Shown piece by piece: positions 27,004 through 41,300 of a DNA stretch of 64,000 bases. Both the position numbers and the translations under genes were made by a program. A model generated the notes under the pieces. That model was not told where the DNA came from and ran no database searches. It saw only the letters and a list, made by a program, of their open reading frames with translations. Position 1 is the first letter of the stretch. Each line of letters starts with the position of its first letter. This DNA comes from Rotaria socialis (Eukaryota). Location of the stretch: assembly GCA_905331295.1 (NCBI GenBank), contig CAJNYD010000035.1, forward strand, positions 62,001 through 126,000, given 5' to 3'.

Positions 27004-27639
27004 CCTCCATGATGGAGTTGTTTTTTTATAATTACTATTATATAAATCGTATCACACATTGAGAAAGCGAGTAATTGGTGTGCAAATTTCAGTTTTGACA
27101 TAGCGATCTATCATCCGATAAATTATTATGAGACCAGAACAATAAGAAAAAGACTTACATTTAGAATTTTTTCTGAAACATTTAATTGATACTCTTATTA
27201 AATAATTATTAGACACTCATGAGCATATCTACAACGACGAGGATTCATTTCTTGAAGTGTATATTATTTTCAACGGAAATCAACTGTTAGCTGTAGAGTG
27301 TCACAACGATCCATTTTACTCGGAGATTGATTATTCCGAGTAAGACAAGTTTCATTTTTTTTAAGTTTTCAACAGCACTCATACATTATTCAATATATTT
27401 ATAGGCTAAATATCTAGTAAAAATTGTTCAATTTATTAATTGTTTTTGAAGTGTTTCATTCTTGGTTAGAAATTTTCGGATAAAATAAAATGAATGATAG
27501 CGTATCGTATTGAAATGTCTGATTGTCATGATGTACCGTTTTGAATTATATACTCTAAGTCGACATGGAACTCTGTGCGTCGAGTAGTTCCTTTGTTTTA
27601 ACTTAACATAATCTGATATTGAGAAAAGTATTTTTAATT

Positions 27640-29772
27640 ATGAATATACAGGATCTATTGCAGGACTGTTTTTTCGGCAAGTGCATTGTCGAAATGATCA
27701 GCAACTAACGCCATCATTTAAAGGGGAAAACATAGAATGGCACAATCCAAACGCGAATCCCATCGACACTGTGAGTTGACAAGTAATCAAGAACGATTAT
27801 ATTGATATCAATATTTTTCTCTATCACTCATAATGGATAAGATTGCAAATCCTTATCTAATTATGCTTGAGCGACTTCAAGCTCTTGATCAATCTATTTA
27901 TATTCTCAATTTAGTTAACAGTGATCTTCGACAGATTCTTCAAAAACAGTATATGGAATAAATTCATCTTTTATTCTTGTTTAAATTTAAAAAAATTTAG
28001 AAAACCTTTACCACAATTCATTCATGATTCATTCAAACGATCAACAACACTTAAATCGAAAATTGCTTCTGCGATCCCTCCTCTTCCACCGCTACCAATG
28101 GGTACAAAAAGAAATTAGACTATTATTGATTAATTAAATGCCTATTATAATTTAGAAAGTGAAGAAATACTCCTAGCTGCTAGTATTATTGACAAAGCTA
28201 AACGTACAATAGAAGTAAGTTAAGTTAGGCAAAAATAAATATTCTTTTCTTTATTAACCTTTGTTTTCTGTTCAATAGAATGTGAGTGAAAAGAAGACCA
28301 AACTGCCTTCGACTGGAATAACAACAGCAACACTCAATCAACCAAACGCTACTCAAACTAACCGTCCAAAAACATCTTCAACAATACGTCCATCTTCTGC
28401 AAGTTCAACTATTCCACCAGAATCGGATTCGTCTTTGTCTCAACAACAAAATCAGCAGCAACAACCCATTCGTCGTTATGTACCAGCTCATATGAAAGCA
28501 CCATTTTTAACTCGAGCAGAAAAAAAACGACGACCAAATTCATCGACACGTTCTAGTAGTCAAGCTAATGTGAATAAAAATACAAGTGCAACAGTTCGCT
28601 CTGACAGTCAACAACGACAACAATCCTCATCAGTATCGTCAACTAGACAGGCGGCTGTGAAACTGTCTCAACATGTTGAATCGATGTCATCGATTCATGC
28701 AATGCAATATGAGAAAAATTCAATAAAAGATAATCGAAGTATGAATGAAATGAATGATGAAAAAGCAATGCCAGATCAAGAATCTACTACGATAAGTACA
28801 GAGGAACCTATATATGTTTCAAATGAAACGAATCAGATAGATACAATACCTATTCTACAACCAATCATGCTCGATCAAGCACTAATTAAACCATTACGTC
28901 GTTTATGGAAACAAAATCAAAATCTTCGTACAAAATTAGAGTTTGAACTTAATAAAAAATCACCGTCACTATCATCATCATCATCGCCTGTGTTTATTGA
29001 TCGTTTAAATGAAAAAGTAATATTATTTAAATAAATTTATGTTTTATATTAGAGTTTGCTTTTCTAGATTCATTCATCATCCACCAAAGACGCAATAATT
29101 GTACCAAATATTGAAGTACTACTTCAGTTAGCCACTAAAATTCGTATTATTGTACTTTATCTCCTTGAAAAATGTATGTTGCTTTTGAAGTAAAGCCATT
29201 GATTTACATATATTTTTGTAGCAACTTTCAATGATCTTGATGGTGCATTAAAACGTTTGAATACATTGAAATATCTTGTTAATCAATATTTTCATTTGTT
29301 TACGTCGAATATTAATGTTTTTGTTACTGTAAGGAATTTTTATTTTTTTATTTTTCTAATAGTAAAATTTTTTACTCATTTTAGAAATATGATTATCATC
29401 CTTCGAATATCAATACCAATGTCGATGGTAATATTCTTTTGGCTGAAATATTTTCTTTTCCTGACATTTTAATTGTTTTTAATTTTAGAATGGTCAAATA
29501 AACCTATGTCTCGGCCATTAAATCGTAAAATTATACGCTATACTGATGATACTCAATTAATCGCTTTTACAGAAGTACGTTTCAAACAATTTGAAAATGA
29601 ATGTCGATGGATCGAATTGAATTGGCATGAACGAATAATAATAGAATTTAAACAATCATTATCAAATACAAATCTAAATCTAAATCCTCTTCAACTCTAT
29701 AGAGAATTAATGTGTCTAGTTACCGGTTTGCAAACTTCTACTCCAATTGTTGTTGAAAATAAATATGAATGA
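27640..29772 (+). CDS. TEDC2: Multi-exon gene, probably tubulin epsilon and delta complex protein 2-like
   Basis: Series of GT-AG exons: helical N-terminus (LLAASIIDKAKRTIE), Ser/Thr-rich middle with YVPAHMKAPF, and last exon IIRYTDDTQLIAF...LQLYRELMCLVTG. The last exon recalls the TEDC2 C-terminus from memory; needs an HMM search. Confidence 0.5.
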
Positions 29773-31589
29773 TAATAAGAATATGATTAAAATTTTTCCA
29801 GTATTTTTTTTTATTGTGTTCTAAGTTTTCTTTTGTGTATAAAACATGATTAGATTGAATTTTTAGATAAATTCTCTTCTGTTTTCAACATTCCATTGAA
29901 TGTCGACGACATGGCAAGTTTTACTTGCACTTGATGCCCGCTATAATGCTCATCGAACACCAAATAATCTTCAATTCAGTATGTGATCATTTTGTCAACG
30001 ATGATTTCATTCTAGTATTACTTTTACATCTAGAAACACTTTACATTCGAAGGCGAAGTCAGTTGTTACGTGATAATCATCCAACTGAAGTAAGTAAGCT
30101 GTGTTTAAGTTGATTTTGTGTTTTAATATTTATATGATACAACATGCAAGAAAAGAAATTTGAAGAACGACTTTGAATGTTGCTCTTCAACATGTTAAAC
30201 GTCTAGCTTACAACTAGTTAGTAATTTTCCTTGCCAATAGAATCTTCTATCTAATGTATTCCATATCAATATTTTGTAGATGAATTATGAGGACAAGGTT
30301 TAAAAGAAAACAACTCGAAAAAGTAGTATTGAAGTTTCAAAAACCATTCTGTTGAAACTATTTTTCAAGAACAATATTCCTTTGAACAGAACAAAATTCT
30401 TTCTACAGTCACCGGTCACTGTTTTTACTACAGTAGGTCTTACGAATTTGCATAGAATCATAAAAATTGTAGAAAACTGCTTTTCTCAGCTTCTCTAATG
30501 ATGTTAACTTTCTAACTGGGTGACGATTCGATCTATATTTCCTCTATTTTCAAAAACGTCCTATTTTTGTCCTATATTTTAATGAAAATTCCTATTTTTC
30601 CTATATTTTATCGAAGAAAGTAGAAAATTTCNNNNNNNNNNNNNNNNNNNNNNNNNNNNNNNNNNNNNNNNNNNNNNNNNNNNNNNNNNNNNNNNNNNNN
30701 NNNNNNNNNNNNNNNNNNNNNNNNNNNNNNNTCGCCTTCAAAACGTTTTTCACGTCGATTTCTACCTATAATAAACTTTTAGATACTAGAGTGTTGAAAT
30801 ACAATGTTTGAGAAAACAATCCTATAATCTGTTCATAACATTTGCCGATAGAGCGACAAATCACTCTTTTTCATGCGTACTATAAGGGCGCTTTTCAATT
30901 AAGGAACGAAGCTTTCACTACCAACTCTATCCTATTTAATAGAAGTAAGACAAATGGATGCATGTGATTTCACCTAGAATATTAGTTAGCACTAATGGTG
31001 CGTTATTTCTTCCACAATTGAGTATCTAGTGAATGCCATAACATTCAGCAACCATATCTATGATTGCAAAACGCTACTAATCATAACCAATCATCATTTA
31101 TCACTCATGCTAAATGCGATTTGCTATAATCAACTGTATCTCCCCAAAGTGGCGTGTTCAATTTCAAATTCCTTATATCACAACACTAATAACTATTTTG
31201 TCCCACGGTTGTGGGTGAACTTCTCCATGTCCGTGCGCGGTGTAGGTGCATGACATTTTCTGCACGACCTCTCCGCCAAAAAACCACACGCCATCACCGC
31301 CACGCATGCACCCAAACGAACAACCCGCGGCCAATCACCGAAGATGTGTCCTTCACAATGGGCGACACCACATTCCGCCCTCCTTACTGGAAAAATTTAC
31401 GCTTGAACAAAGTTTCTGCTGTGTTGGTTGGAACGATGACGTATTGATTGACTCGTCGAAAGGTGACTACTGGTTTTGAGTGGTGTGGTAGCCTAACGAA
31501 TGTAGATGAACACAAATTGCTTAAAAATCTGTCATGTTGCACCCTAGCTCAGCTAAAGACTTCAACGCAGAATGACGGGCAACAAGCGT

Positions 31590-32379
31590 AAAGCACACGC
31601 TTCGATCGCCGGAGCCGTGGCCTTCTGAATGGGGCTCAAAGCATTCCGCCCTGCTTACTTTGTTTCTTTGTTTGCGTGCTCATTTTCTGGTGAGCTGGTT
31701 GGTACGGTGTTGTATCAATTGACTCCGTTGAAGATGAGTGGTGTATTTGCTGTGTGTGGTAGCCTAAGGAATGTAGAGGAAAATAGATTCCTGAAAAATT
31801 TGTCATCTTGCGACCTAGCTCCGCTAAAGGCTTCAACGCAGAATGTGCGATCACGAGCGGAAAGCACACGCTTCGATCGCCGGAGCCGTGGCCTTCTGAA
31901 TGGGGCTCAAAGCATTCCGCCCTGCTTACTTTGTTTCTTTGTTTGCGTGCTCATTTTCTGGTGAGCTGGTTGGTACGGTGTGGTATCAATTGACTCCGTT
32001 GAAGATGAGTGGTGTATTTGCTGTGTGTGGTAGCCTAAGGAATGTAGAGGAAAATAGATTCCTGAAAAATTTGTCATCTTGCGACCTAGCTCCGCTAAAG
32101 GCTTCAACGCAGAATGTGCGATCACGAGCGGAAAGCACACGCTTCGATCGCCGGAGCCGTGGCCTTCTGAATGGGGCTCAAAGCATTCCGCCCTGCTTAC
32201 TTTGTTTCTTTGTTTGCGTGCTCATTTTCTGGTGAGCTGGTTGGTACGGTGTGGTATCAATTGACTCCGTTGAAGATGAGTGGTGTATTTGCTGTGTGTG
32301 GTAGCCTAAGGAATGTAGAGGAAAATAGATTCCTGAAAAATTTGTCATCTTGCGACCTAGCTCCGCTAAAGGCTTCAAC
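31590..32379. repeat. 271-bp GC-rich tandem repeat, ~3 near-identical units plus a diverged partial unit upstream, running into a gap
   Basis: Unit aaagcacacgcttcgatcgccggagccg... recurs with 271-nt period (ORF starts 31629/31900/32171). Diverged partial unit at ~31410-31590. Confidence 0.95.
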
Positions 32380-32450
32380 NNNNNNNNNNNNNNNNNNNNN
32401 NNNNNNNNNNNNNNNNNNNNNNNNNNNNNNNNNNNNNNNNNNNNNNNNNN

Positions 32451-32602
<152 letters not shown>

Positions 32603-32632
32603 GTTCATTGATGTGGTTTGATTTGTCGGAAG

Positions 32633-33805
32633 TAGGGATGCACCAATTACAATGCCAAGTCAAGAATTGGAATTGGTCGGCATTGGTTGGATTTGGAATT
32701 GGTCGGAATTGGTCCGAATTGGATTTGGAATTGGAAGTACTCTGGAGTTGGTTTAGAATTGGTTTAGTATTGGTTCAGAATTGATTCAGAATTGGTTCAG
32801 AATTGGTTTAGAATTGGTCTGAAACTGGTATAGAGTTTGGTTTAAATGAGTCTAGAATTAACTGAAATTGATGGTGCAATTGATTAGTCTAGACCAGCAA
32901 GTGCTTGAATTTGCGAAAATAAAAATAATGAAAGTGGGACGTGCAAGGCCTTAAATCTGAAAGTCGAGATTTTTATGATAAAAGCTACAACTTGAGCCAT
33001 GATTAATAACTTATTTGGAATCAGGAAAAAAACTGTCTCAAGCAATGTACATTTTAAATACTTTCGGTAACTTCTTTTTCTACGGAAAATTCACCTGGAC
33101 TACCCCTCAGGGTTCAGCAAAAAAGGAAACTAATCAGAAAGCAACTTGGACTGCAGTAATTAACTATGGAGCATCTAAAATGCTTAGTAATATAGAAAAA
33201 TCACATGCCTGAGCGCTAAAAAAGAGTCATTTTATGTTATTGGACTGAACCCTGAAGAGTACCCCAGGTGAATTTTCGGTAGAAAAAAAAAGTTACGGAA
33301 AATATTTAAGATGCACATGGTTCGAGTCAGTTTTTCACGCTGATTCCAAATATGTTATTAATTATGGCTCAGGTTGTAGCTTTTATCATAAAAATCTCGA
33401 TTTTCAGATTTAAGGCCTTGTACGTCCCACTTTCTCTATTTTAATTTTGGCAAATTCAAGCACTTGCTGGTCAGACTAATCAATTGTACCATCAATTTCA
33501 GTTAATTCTACACTCATTTAAAGCCAATTCTATACCGATTTCTGATCGATTCTAAACCAATTCTAAACCAATTCTGAACCAATTCTAAACCAATTCTGAA
33601 CCAATTCTAAACCAATTCTGAACCAATTCTAAAACAATTCTAAACCAATTCCAACCAATTCCAATTCCGATTCCAATCAATTCCAGACCAATTCCAATTT
33701 CAATGGTGACCAATTCCAGCCAATTCCAATTCCAATTCCAATTCCAACCAATGCCGACCAACTCCAGGAATTGAATGGACTCGAATTGGAATTGGTGCAC
33801 CCCTA
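32633..33805. mobile_element. hAT-type non-autonomous foldback element
   Basis: TIRs tagggatgcaccaatt / aattggtgcaccccta; 8-bp TSD gtcggaag / gtcgcaag (1 mismatch). Long imperfect inverted arms with ggaatt / aattggtttag micro-repeats. Confidence 0.88.
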
Positions 33806-33833
33806 GTCGCAAGTGTGGAAGTGCTTTAGGGTA

Positions 33834-33871
33834 GTGCAACTGTGCAACTGTGCAACTGTGCAACTGTGCAA
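33834..33871. repeat. (gtgcaact)n 8-bp tandem repeat
   Basis: About 4.5 perfect copies. Confidence 0.9.
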
Positions 33872-34554
33872 TTAATTGTTGAGAATTGGACGTTTTTTGA
33901 ATGTTGTGGCATTGTGCACGAAAGTGGAGTTTCGTTTATTGCTATGGCTCTGGGTGTGCGGTGTCATCCCGCCAAGCATTTTAGAGGAAAGAGGATAGTT
34001 AGTTTCAAAAAGAAGCTGATGTTGAATGAAAAAATGGGAGTTTTTTTCAGCCTTGGAACTTACTAGGAATATCCCTGCTGAGGCAAAAATGACATGCAGT
34101 CTACTACCTATCGATTCTATTTCAAGTCTACTTAGAAGAATGCATTTAAACTGATTTCAGCATCGGTAAAATTTCAGTTTATGATACTTGATCATCGAAT
34201 AGCAAAAGTTTATTAGGATCAACTACTTGAATAGTATGCGAAGATGACGTGGATGAGGTTGTTACCGATACTGAAAATGTATGTTGCGAATTGTTCTTCA
34301 GAGCATTCAAATTAGTTTTGAGTTTTCCATTTTGCAGTGCTGTTCAACAGCTTTCCAGCCTGTTTTAGAACAGCCTAGATCACGAGTACGACTTATTGTA
34401 CAAATAAATGTTGTTTCTGATGTGCCTTGCTTCAGTCCCGTTTTTACTGAATTTCCATTAGTATCCAATTTATTTAACCATGATTGATTGAATTATATTT
34501 TAGAGCCAGGCATTTAATAAATATCGGTGAAATTGACGGAATTCTTACAATGTG

Positions 34555-34591
<37 letters not shown>

Positions 34592-34709
34592 GTGTGTCGC
34601 CTATTCAACACCACGGGCGTCTTTTTTCCACCACTAAACATTATCGTTTTTTTGTTATTCCACTGTCTTATAAATAGAAAAGAGTCATCACGTTGTATGA
34701 TCTTTTATA

Positions 34710-34999
34710 CCCAGGTCGAACAGTACGGCCCGTATACGGTCATTGACGGTTACTTTACGACTATTTTACGGGTGAAATTTTGCCGTAATATCTGGCGCAG
34801 TAATACGGACCGTATTATCATGAGAGTACGGAGCACAAACAGCCATAAACCATGAAAATTCAGTCCCGTTTACGGTGCCGTATTACTGCGCCAGGTATTA
34901 CGGGAAAATACGGCCTATTTACTGCCGTAAAGATATCGTTATGACATCGTTTACCGTCGACTAACAGACTGTAAACGAGTCCGTTTTGATCAACCTGGG
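34710..34999. mobile_element. 290-bp MITE with TA target duplication (Tc1/mariner-like)
   Basis: ta|cccaggtcga ... tcaacctggg|ta, with internal tacgg/ccgta inverted motifs. Confidence 0.85.
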
Positions 35000-35312
35000 T
35001 AGTCATCCGATATTTTCTTTTAAGTCATAATTAGTGTTCACTAAAAAGAACTTCACTTTGACAAAAATTGGTTTGCTAAATCATGAGATGTCCAGGAAAA
35101 GGAGGTGTGCATTATAGGAGGTTTTACTGTAGTTACATTTATAGTACTCATAGACCTATCATCTTGTCGCGACAGAAAAGAGCAATAAGAAGCGAATTGA
35201 TGTGCATAACAACACATGAAGCGAATGATGGTGAAAAATTCATCAATATTAAGTATTTTTCTTTTAACTTCAATTTTTCAGAAAAAAGAGGAGGCTTTGG
35301 AAGAAAACCATA

Positions 35313-35978
35313 GATGTCATAATACCTTTACACTGGGTATCGAGAGTTTTACGTCACAATACCCTACACAGCAATAATTTATGGAGTATCCATTCTTAGT
35401 GCATCTACAATCTGATGTAACCACATTAAGGGTATCCACTTTTGGGTATCCACATTTGGGTATCCACATTTATGTATATATAAATGTGAATACCCAAAAA
35501 GTGGATACACCAAAACAACTCAAATTGCTCAGCTTTTCAAAACATATATATATATAAATGTGGATACCCAAATGTGAATACCCAAAAAGTGGATACACCA
35601 AAACAACTCAAATTACTCCGCTTTTCAAAACATATATATATATAAATGTGGATACCCAAATGTGAATACCCAAAAAGTGGATACACCAAAACAACTCAAA
35701 TTGCTCAGCTTTTCAAAACATATATATATATATAAATGTGGATACCCAAATGTGAATACCCAAAAAGTGGATACACCAAAACAACTCAAATTGCTCAGCT
35801 TTTCAAAACATATATATATATATATAAATGTGGATACCCAAATGTGAATACCCAAAAAGTGGATACACTTAATGTGGATACCCAAATTTGGATACCCAAA
35901 AGTGGATGCACCTAATGTGGATAGTGTAGTGTTTTTGTGCTAATAAGTCGTTACCGGGTGTAAGGATATTATGACATC
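35313..35978. mobile_element. MITE-like element carrying an internal ~90-bp minisatellite with variable (TA)n
   Basis: Outer inverted repeats gatgtcataata..ttacac / gtgtaa..tattatgacatc; inner inverted ggtatccac/gtggatacc arrays; ~4 tandem units at 35480-35870. Confidence 0.75.
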
Positions 35979-36691
35979 ACTCAAGAAAACAGGGAAAAGA
36001 GGAGGATTGGGATGCCAGGGTGTGCGTCTAACGAGGTTTGAAAGTGGAAACCAAAACTACTTTTGAAATGTAATCGAACAGATGGTTGGTGATAGTTCAA
36101 TAACTTGAGTAATTACAAAATGGGTGGATAGATGGAGTGTGTTTACTTTGAATAGGCGTATTATGACAGGCACTCCGAAAAGCGTTTCAGTGTTTGGTTA
36201 TCTGATGGAGCACAGGTGGGGTAGGCGGACAGGGGACTGCTCTCTTTAGTGTGCAGTGTAAATTCTTTTGAAATTTTATTTTGTCGAAAATCGACTTCAA
36301 AGAAGCGAAAGAATTTTCCGTTTTATTATTCATACGTCGAATTTGAAATATCCAGAAAATACTTCATTTTCTAAATGATAGAAGTCCAATTTGATTCTCA
36401 AAAAAATTCACCTTCCAGAAAGTTGAAAATCTAGACTGGCATTTTAAAATGTTCGAAATTCAATGGCAATCTTATGAAAAATCAAGATATATTCTACAAA
36501 AAGTAAAAAATAAAAGCCACTTTCCAGAACACCATTTGAACTGTGACCTTTATATGAAGCCATTGTTGATTTGGGTTTATAAGTTATAGTCGGTAGTATT
36601 GTGCATTCATTATTTTCTCCAGCAGGTGTGTAGTAGGTAAGCTATATTTTTTATTTCGAGTTATTATTCAAGTTTTTAATTGGAATAGAAT

Positions 36692-36821
36692 CAAGGAGGG
36701 AAAAGCGCGACTTCCGTACTTCCGTACTTCACTCGTATTCCCATGTAGTTCACTTGTACTTCCATGTACTCCCATCGTACTTCGAAGTACGGAAGTCGTG
36801 CTGCCCCCCCCCCCCCCCTTG
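36692..36821. mobile_element. 130-bp hAT-type MITE
   Basis: Perfect 8-bp TSD aatagaat (36684-36691, 36822-36829); termini caagg / ccttg; inverted cgacttccgtacttc / gaagtacggaagtcg. Confidence 0.85.
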
Positions 36822-37399
36822 AATAGAATACTATATGATTTGTTCTTATTTATTGTTTGGATGCATTAATTATTAGTGATGGATCTCTTGAAAATAGAAA
36901 GTCTTGATAGCGTTTTCTAGTTTCTAATTTACCGTGTGCGATTGTATGTGAAACATCATTTCTTTAACCATTTTTTATCGTATTTTTTTCATATAGCTTT
37001 TTTTATTGTATTAATCGTTACTATTTGTTATTTCAATTGTTAATCATTTTTTAAATGCTTTTTTGTCAGATTATTGTTCTTCTTTTGCGCATTGCACATT
37101 ATGCATATGAAATAAAATAAATTAACGATACTTCATTATGATATGAAAATCAAATTCGATTTTCTAGTTTTTAAAAAATACTCGAATTGCTAAATAGGAT
37201 CGAAAATTCTAGGAAAGTCCATGCAAATTCAATATCGCTTTTCTAACTAGAAAATCGAATTTCTTGTTCTATCTTCTGGAAAATTGTACTTTCAAGAAAG
37301 TAGAAACTCGCCATTGAATTCGTATGAACTTTCCTAGGATATCTTTCATTATACTCTATAATGTATTTTCTAGTTTACAGTGTACAGTTTTATTTGGAG

Positions 37400-38100
37400 A
37401 GGATGCTGAATTTGTGGTTTTAAAATGTGAGATTAGGAAAGGTGTCGGTATTGATTTAGAGCAGGATGCTGTGGATATGTTCCTGTTTCAGGGATAGAAA
37501 CCCGCTGGTTATGTAGTGAATCGGTTTTGGCTTGCATTTTCAAGGTGACGGTCGTTGTGCTGTTAGGATACGTTCGGTTTGGAATGGTTTATTGCGGTGT
37601 CGTTTAGATATGCGTTGAAAAATGCTCTGGAAGGATTAGAACACAGGTCTTTGAATCGTGTTTGTTACGTAGTAGTTTTGCTGAGGTATTTTTACGGTAC
37701 TGGTATTGAGGTATTTTCATCTCTTGGTTTCTGCTTGTCTGCGAATATTTGATTATGGACATATGTGCGTATAAATCTACAGAGAATCTCGAAATATTTA
37801 GATCGTACATATGTTCACTTGTTCTGAGGACCGGGGTGAGCGAATACCTTGCATAGTTGGACATGATAGATAGAGTCCTTCCTTTATGTTGACGATTTTG
37901 TTTGCATCGACTGAATTGCAGGAGAATCAGAATCAATGAGAATAATCAAGTTTTGTATACGTTAGTTGAGGTGTCTTTTTCATATATTTCTAATTCATAT
38001 GTTGGCATAAAACTATTAAGCAGGAGTCATTCTGGTTTATCTTGTTATAAATGTGATGATTTTTGCTCCGGTTTTACTACACGAAGAGAGGGATTGATTT
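37400..38100 (-). pseudogene. Decayed coding-like fragment, possibly a Penelope-like retroelement remnant
   Basis: 110-aa ORF at 37604-37936 with only vague resemblance to the post-RT region of Penelope-like elements. No diagnostic motif. Confidence 0.25.
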
Positions 38101-39744
38101 CCACAGACGCATTTAAAGTATACGACTACCTTGAGCTCAATTAATCAAGTTACGCGATAAAAACATATAGTGAAAAGTGAAGTCAGCAATACACTGGTGA
38201 TTTTTAATCATGCTTGCGTGAAATTGTGCAGAAAAGGCCGTGTTAGATTTATCCTTTTTTATTTGATGTATGGCTCTGAGCTAATTTTGTCGTAACGCTG
38301 TTCATTGGATGTTAAATCGTATCATCACGAATCTTCTATTTAAAAACACCGATATCCTCGTATTACTTCGCATTTTGTTCTCAATCACAAGAAACGATCT
38401 TTCAAGAGCGCCATTATAAATGAATGTTAAAGATAGAGTTGTTTTGAAGGCCACGGTGAAATCTACCCTCGATATATAATTTTAACAATTGAACCTATCA
38501 AATTTCGTCGAAATGCATTAATGCTGTGAGAATGCAATTCAAGCAGCACTTGTATCTTAAAAATAGTAAAACATGATAAAAGCGACAAAAAGTTTGGATC
38601 CTATCAAGCTGCTTACGTCAGCAAAAATATAAATCTATCAGAAAATATTTATACCCTAATGATTCATAACTCTAATATTAAGGAAATCAAATAAAATGTA
38701 GAGTAAAATTTGAATTTCTTATTACTCTTACATAAGCCGAGAGCTTTTCTTGAAGACTTTCAGCTGAAGCAACTTTGCAAGGAAGAAGAAAAAGAAACGA
38801 AAACTACATTTGTATTGTGTATTGTTAATGGAAAAGAAAAACTATTGACGTAATCAACGTCTACACATTATAAACAACATACCTTTGCTCATGGTTCACG
38901 ATAACAGGAATACCAGTATAATTCAAATATGACTTCCTCACGAATTGATTTAATTACGGACTTTTCTTCCAAAATATATAAACAATCCACTTCTTTCGTT
39001 TTCAGAATGAAAAAAAGACCACTATTACTTTTTCTTGGCGTTTTTCTTTTTATCAATATTTGTCGTCTCTCACACGTGTCACAACCAGAGTAGACGTCAC
39101 CGACTATCGAAGTGGTGAAATTTTAAGTTGAGAAATATGCCAACAGAGAAAATTATTAACAATGAATTTCGCATGCTGAAAATAAACAATTTGTATCATA
39201 CCATAACACATTTAGTGTATGTTTAGCTACTGCAGAGAATACTTGACACAAAATAAATATGGGTATTCAAACTTGTGCCACAAAAACATGCTAGAACTGA
39301 AATGTAAGCATATATCGAGTGAATACATAAGTAAAATAGTCCTAGTCAGCTTTCGAAGAATATTTTAGTAAAATATAGATTTAACGATGAGACTGTTTCA
39401 TAGACAAATTCAACTAAATTTCATAGAGAACCAACATCTGTTGATATGAGTATATCGACTGAAACGAATGATTTAAACCATTCTCCTAAGTCAAACAACA
39501 CAAATATTCATCATTTGTCCAATCAAAAAGATCGCACATAAATAGCTCAAATGTATCCTGGTTTTTACATAACTGATTCCATTTCCAAATTATCTTTTAA
39601 CTGCCCATTACTGATCAATGGATATTGGTCTTGGAGGCACTGGTTATGTATGGATTAAAACGAAGACCGAACTCTGGATGGATGATTCAGTGGTAGATAT
39701 TGTCGTCGAATATCAAGCGCCTTCTCATGAAACGTCAGTACATC

Positions 39745-41300
39745 TGCATATTATCTCATATCTTCGTGCACTGACGCAATATTATGATAGAATTCAAGTG
39801 CTTTTGAATAATCTTTCATTCTAATATAGACTTCACCGATAGTATCATAGGTAGAAACCAATTCAGGATTATCCAAAGGGAGACTTTTCTTTCGAATTTC
39901 AAGTGATTTCGTGTGAAAATCAAGAGATTTCGAATATTCATCCATATCATCATGTACTGCAGCAATATTATGATAGGTAGTGGCAAGTTCCGGATGTTTT
40001 GGTGAAAGAGAGTTTTGTTGAATTTCCAACGCTTTTTGATAGCATTTCAATGCATTTGAATATTGATCCACTTGTAAGTACACTTCTCCAATGTTGTTAT
40101 AGATTGTATCCAATTCTGGATGATTCGGTGGCAAGGATTTTTGTTGAATTTCTAATGACTTCTTGCGAGATTCGAGTGCATTGGCATATTCTCCCATGTT
40201 AACATAGACATCACGTATGTCGTTATAGGTTGTTGTCAGAATCAGATGATTTGGTCCAAGATATTTTTCTTGTAAAACTGGAGTGCTTCTTGATATTGAG
40301 CTTTGACATTTTTTAATACGACCAAGTTGACCATATATATAGGCAAGATTTTTGACATTGTCGTTACTTGTTTCCTCTTGTAGCTTTTCAAAGTCACCAA
40401 TTCGATGACGTCCATTTGATGATTGCATTAATTTTTCAATGTGTTCCGTAAGACATTTTAGCTCTTCATCGCTATCACTTGTCAATATAAGATCTATACG
40501 CTATAGTCGTTCTTCGTTGATGGAATCTATGGAGTAATCGTCATTCGGAAAAGTATGCCCATTAAATCAGGTGTCCAAAGTGAACTTTTAACAAATGATC
40601 AAGAAACTTCATTGTCAAGACTTGCGGATAAAAAGTTATTAAATGCTAACAGGCGATCTTTGCTATTTTTGATTCTTTCAAAGGCTGTCAATAGCATGCC
40701 TTAACCATGATAAGCAGTAAATTGTTCTTCCTGACATATCAGAGAATGAATTTTTTCAATATGTCGATGAACGACACGTATAAAATAACCCATTTTAATG
40801 ATGACTTCTACATCTTGTAGATAAAACATTCCAGCGTATATCATCATATCGGTGTATGCACACCAAAATCATGTCCCGATCACATTGTTGAGTATCAGAT
40901 CTCAAGATTTCACACATAGTGTCAAGCTGACAAATTACACCCTTGGCTTTTGTCCATTGTTCATGTTTCGATTGATTTTCACGAAATGTATAGATGGAAT
41001 TAAGTGACGACATATGATGAATCAAAGGTACTATTGATTGCCCAAGTGTACCAGATACGATCATCAAGAATTTTTCATCTTTTATTTGAGTAAGGAAATC
41101 AATACATTGATCTATGCTGGTGAATGTATCGATTTTATTAACAATTCGACGTAATAGATTGAGTGAATTTTTTAATTCATCATTTGATTCATTGATGATA
41201 GAATCCAACCAAACGAGTCTGCAATTTTGAACTGCATACACTCGTGATGCTTTAATTGCAGCATGAATATCATTCAAATTAATTAAACTCGTACTTCTGG
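39745..41300 (-). pseudogene. ADP-ribosyltransferase-TPR family pseudogene
   Basis: N-terminal module (LVWLDSIINE...FTSIDQCIDFL...MIVSGTLGQSIVPLIH); broken ART domain (YHG*GM...LLAFNNFLSAS, with stops and deletions); 42-aa TPRs (SLPPNHPELDTIYNNIGEVY...ALKCYQKALEIQQ) truncated at the 3' end. Confidence 0.88.

Noticed and set aside
24428..27014. catgatg direct repeat as the RTE target-site duplication
   Set aside because: Only 7 bp and offset from the inferred 5' end; could be chance.
31629..32264. Repeated 61-111 aa ORFs, and the idea of a CRISPR-like array
   Set aside because: The 271-nt period is not a multiple of 3 and there are no unique spacers; this is a simple satellite.
33095..33120. 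Similarity of cccctcagggttc to cccctccagggtcc at ~576 in the first foldback
   Set aside because: Too short to establish a relationship between the two elements.
39008..39745. Signal-peptide-like start (MKKRPLLLFLGVFLF) and downstream coding-like fragments
   Set aside because: Early stop and no coherent spliced frame; at most an unidentifiable pseudogene.
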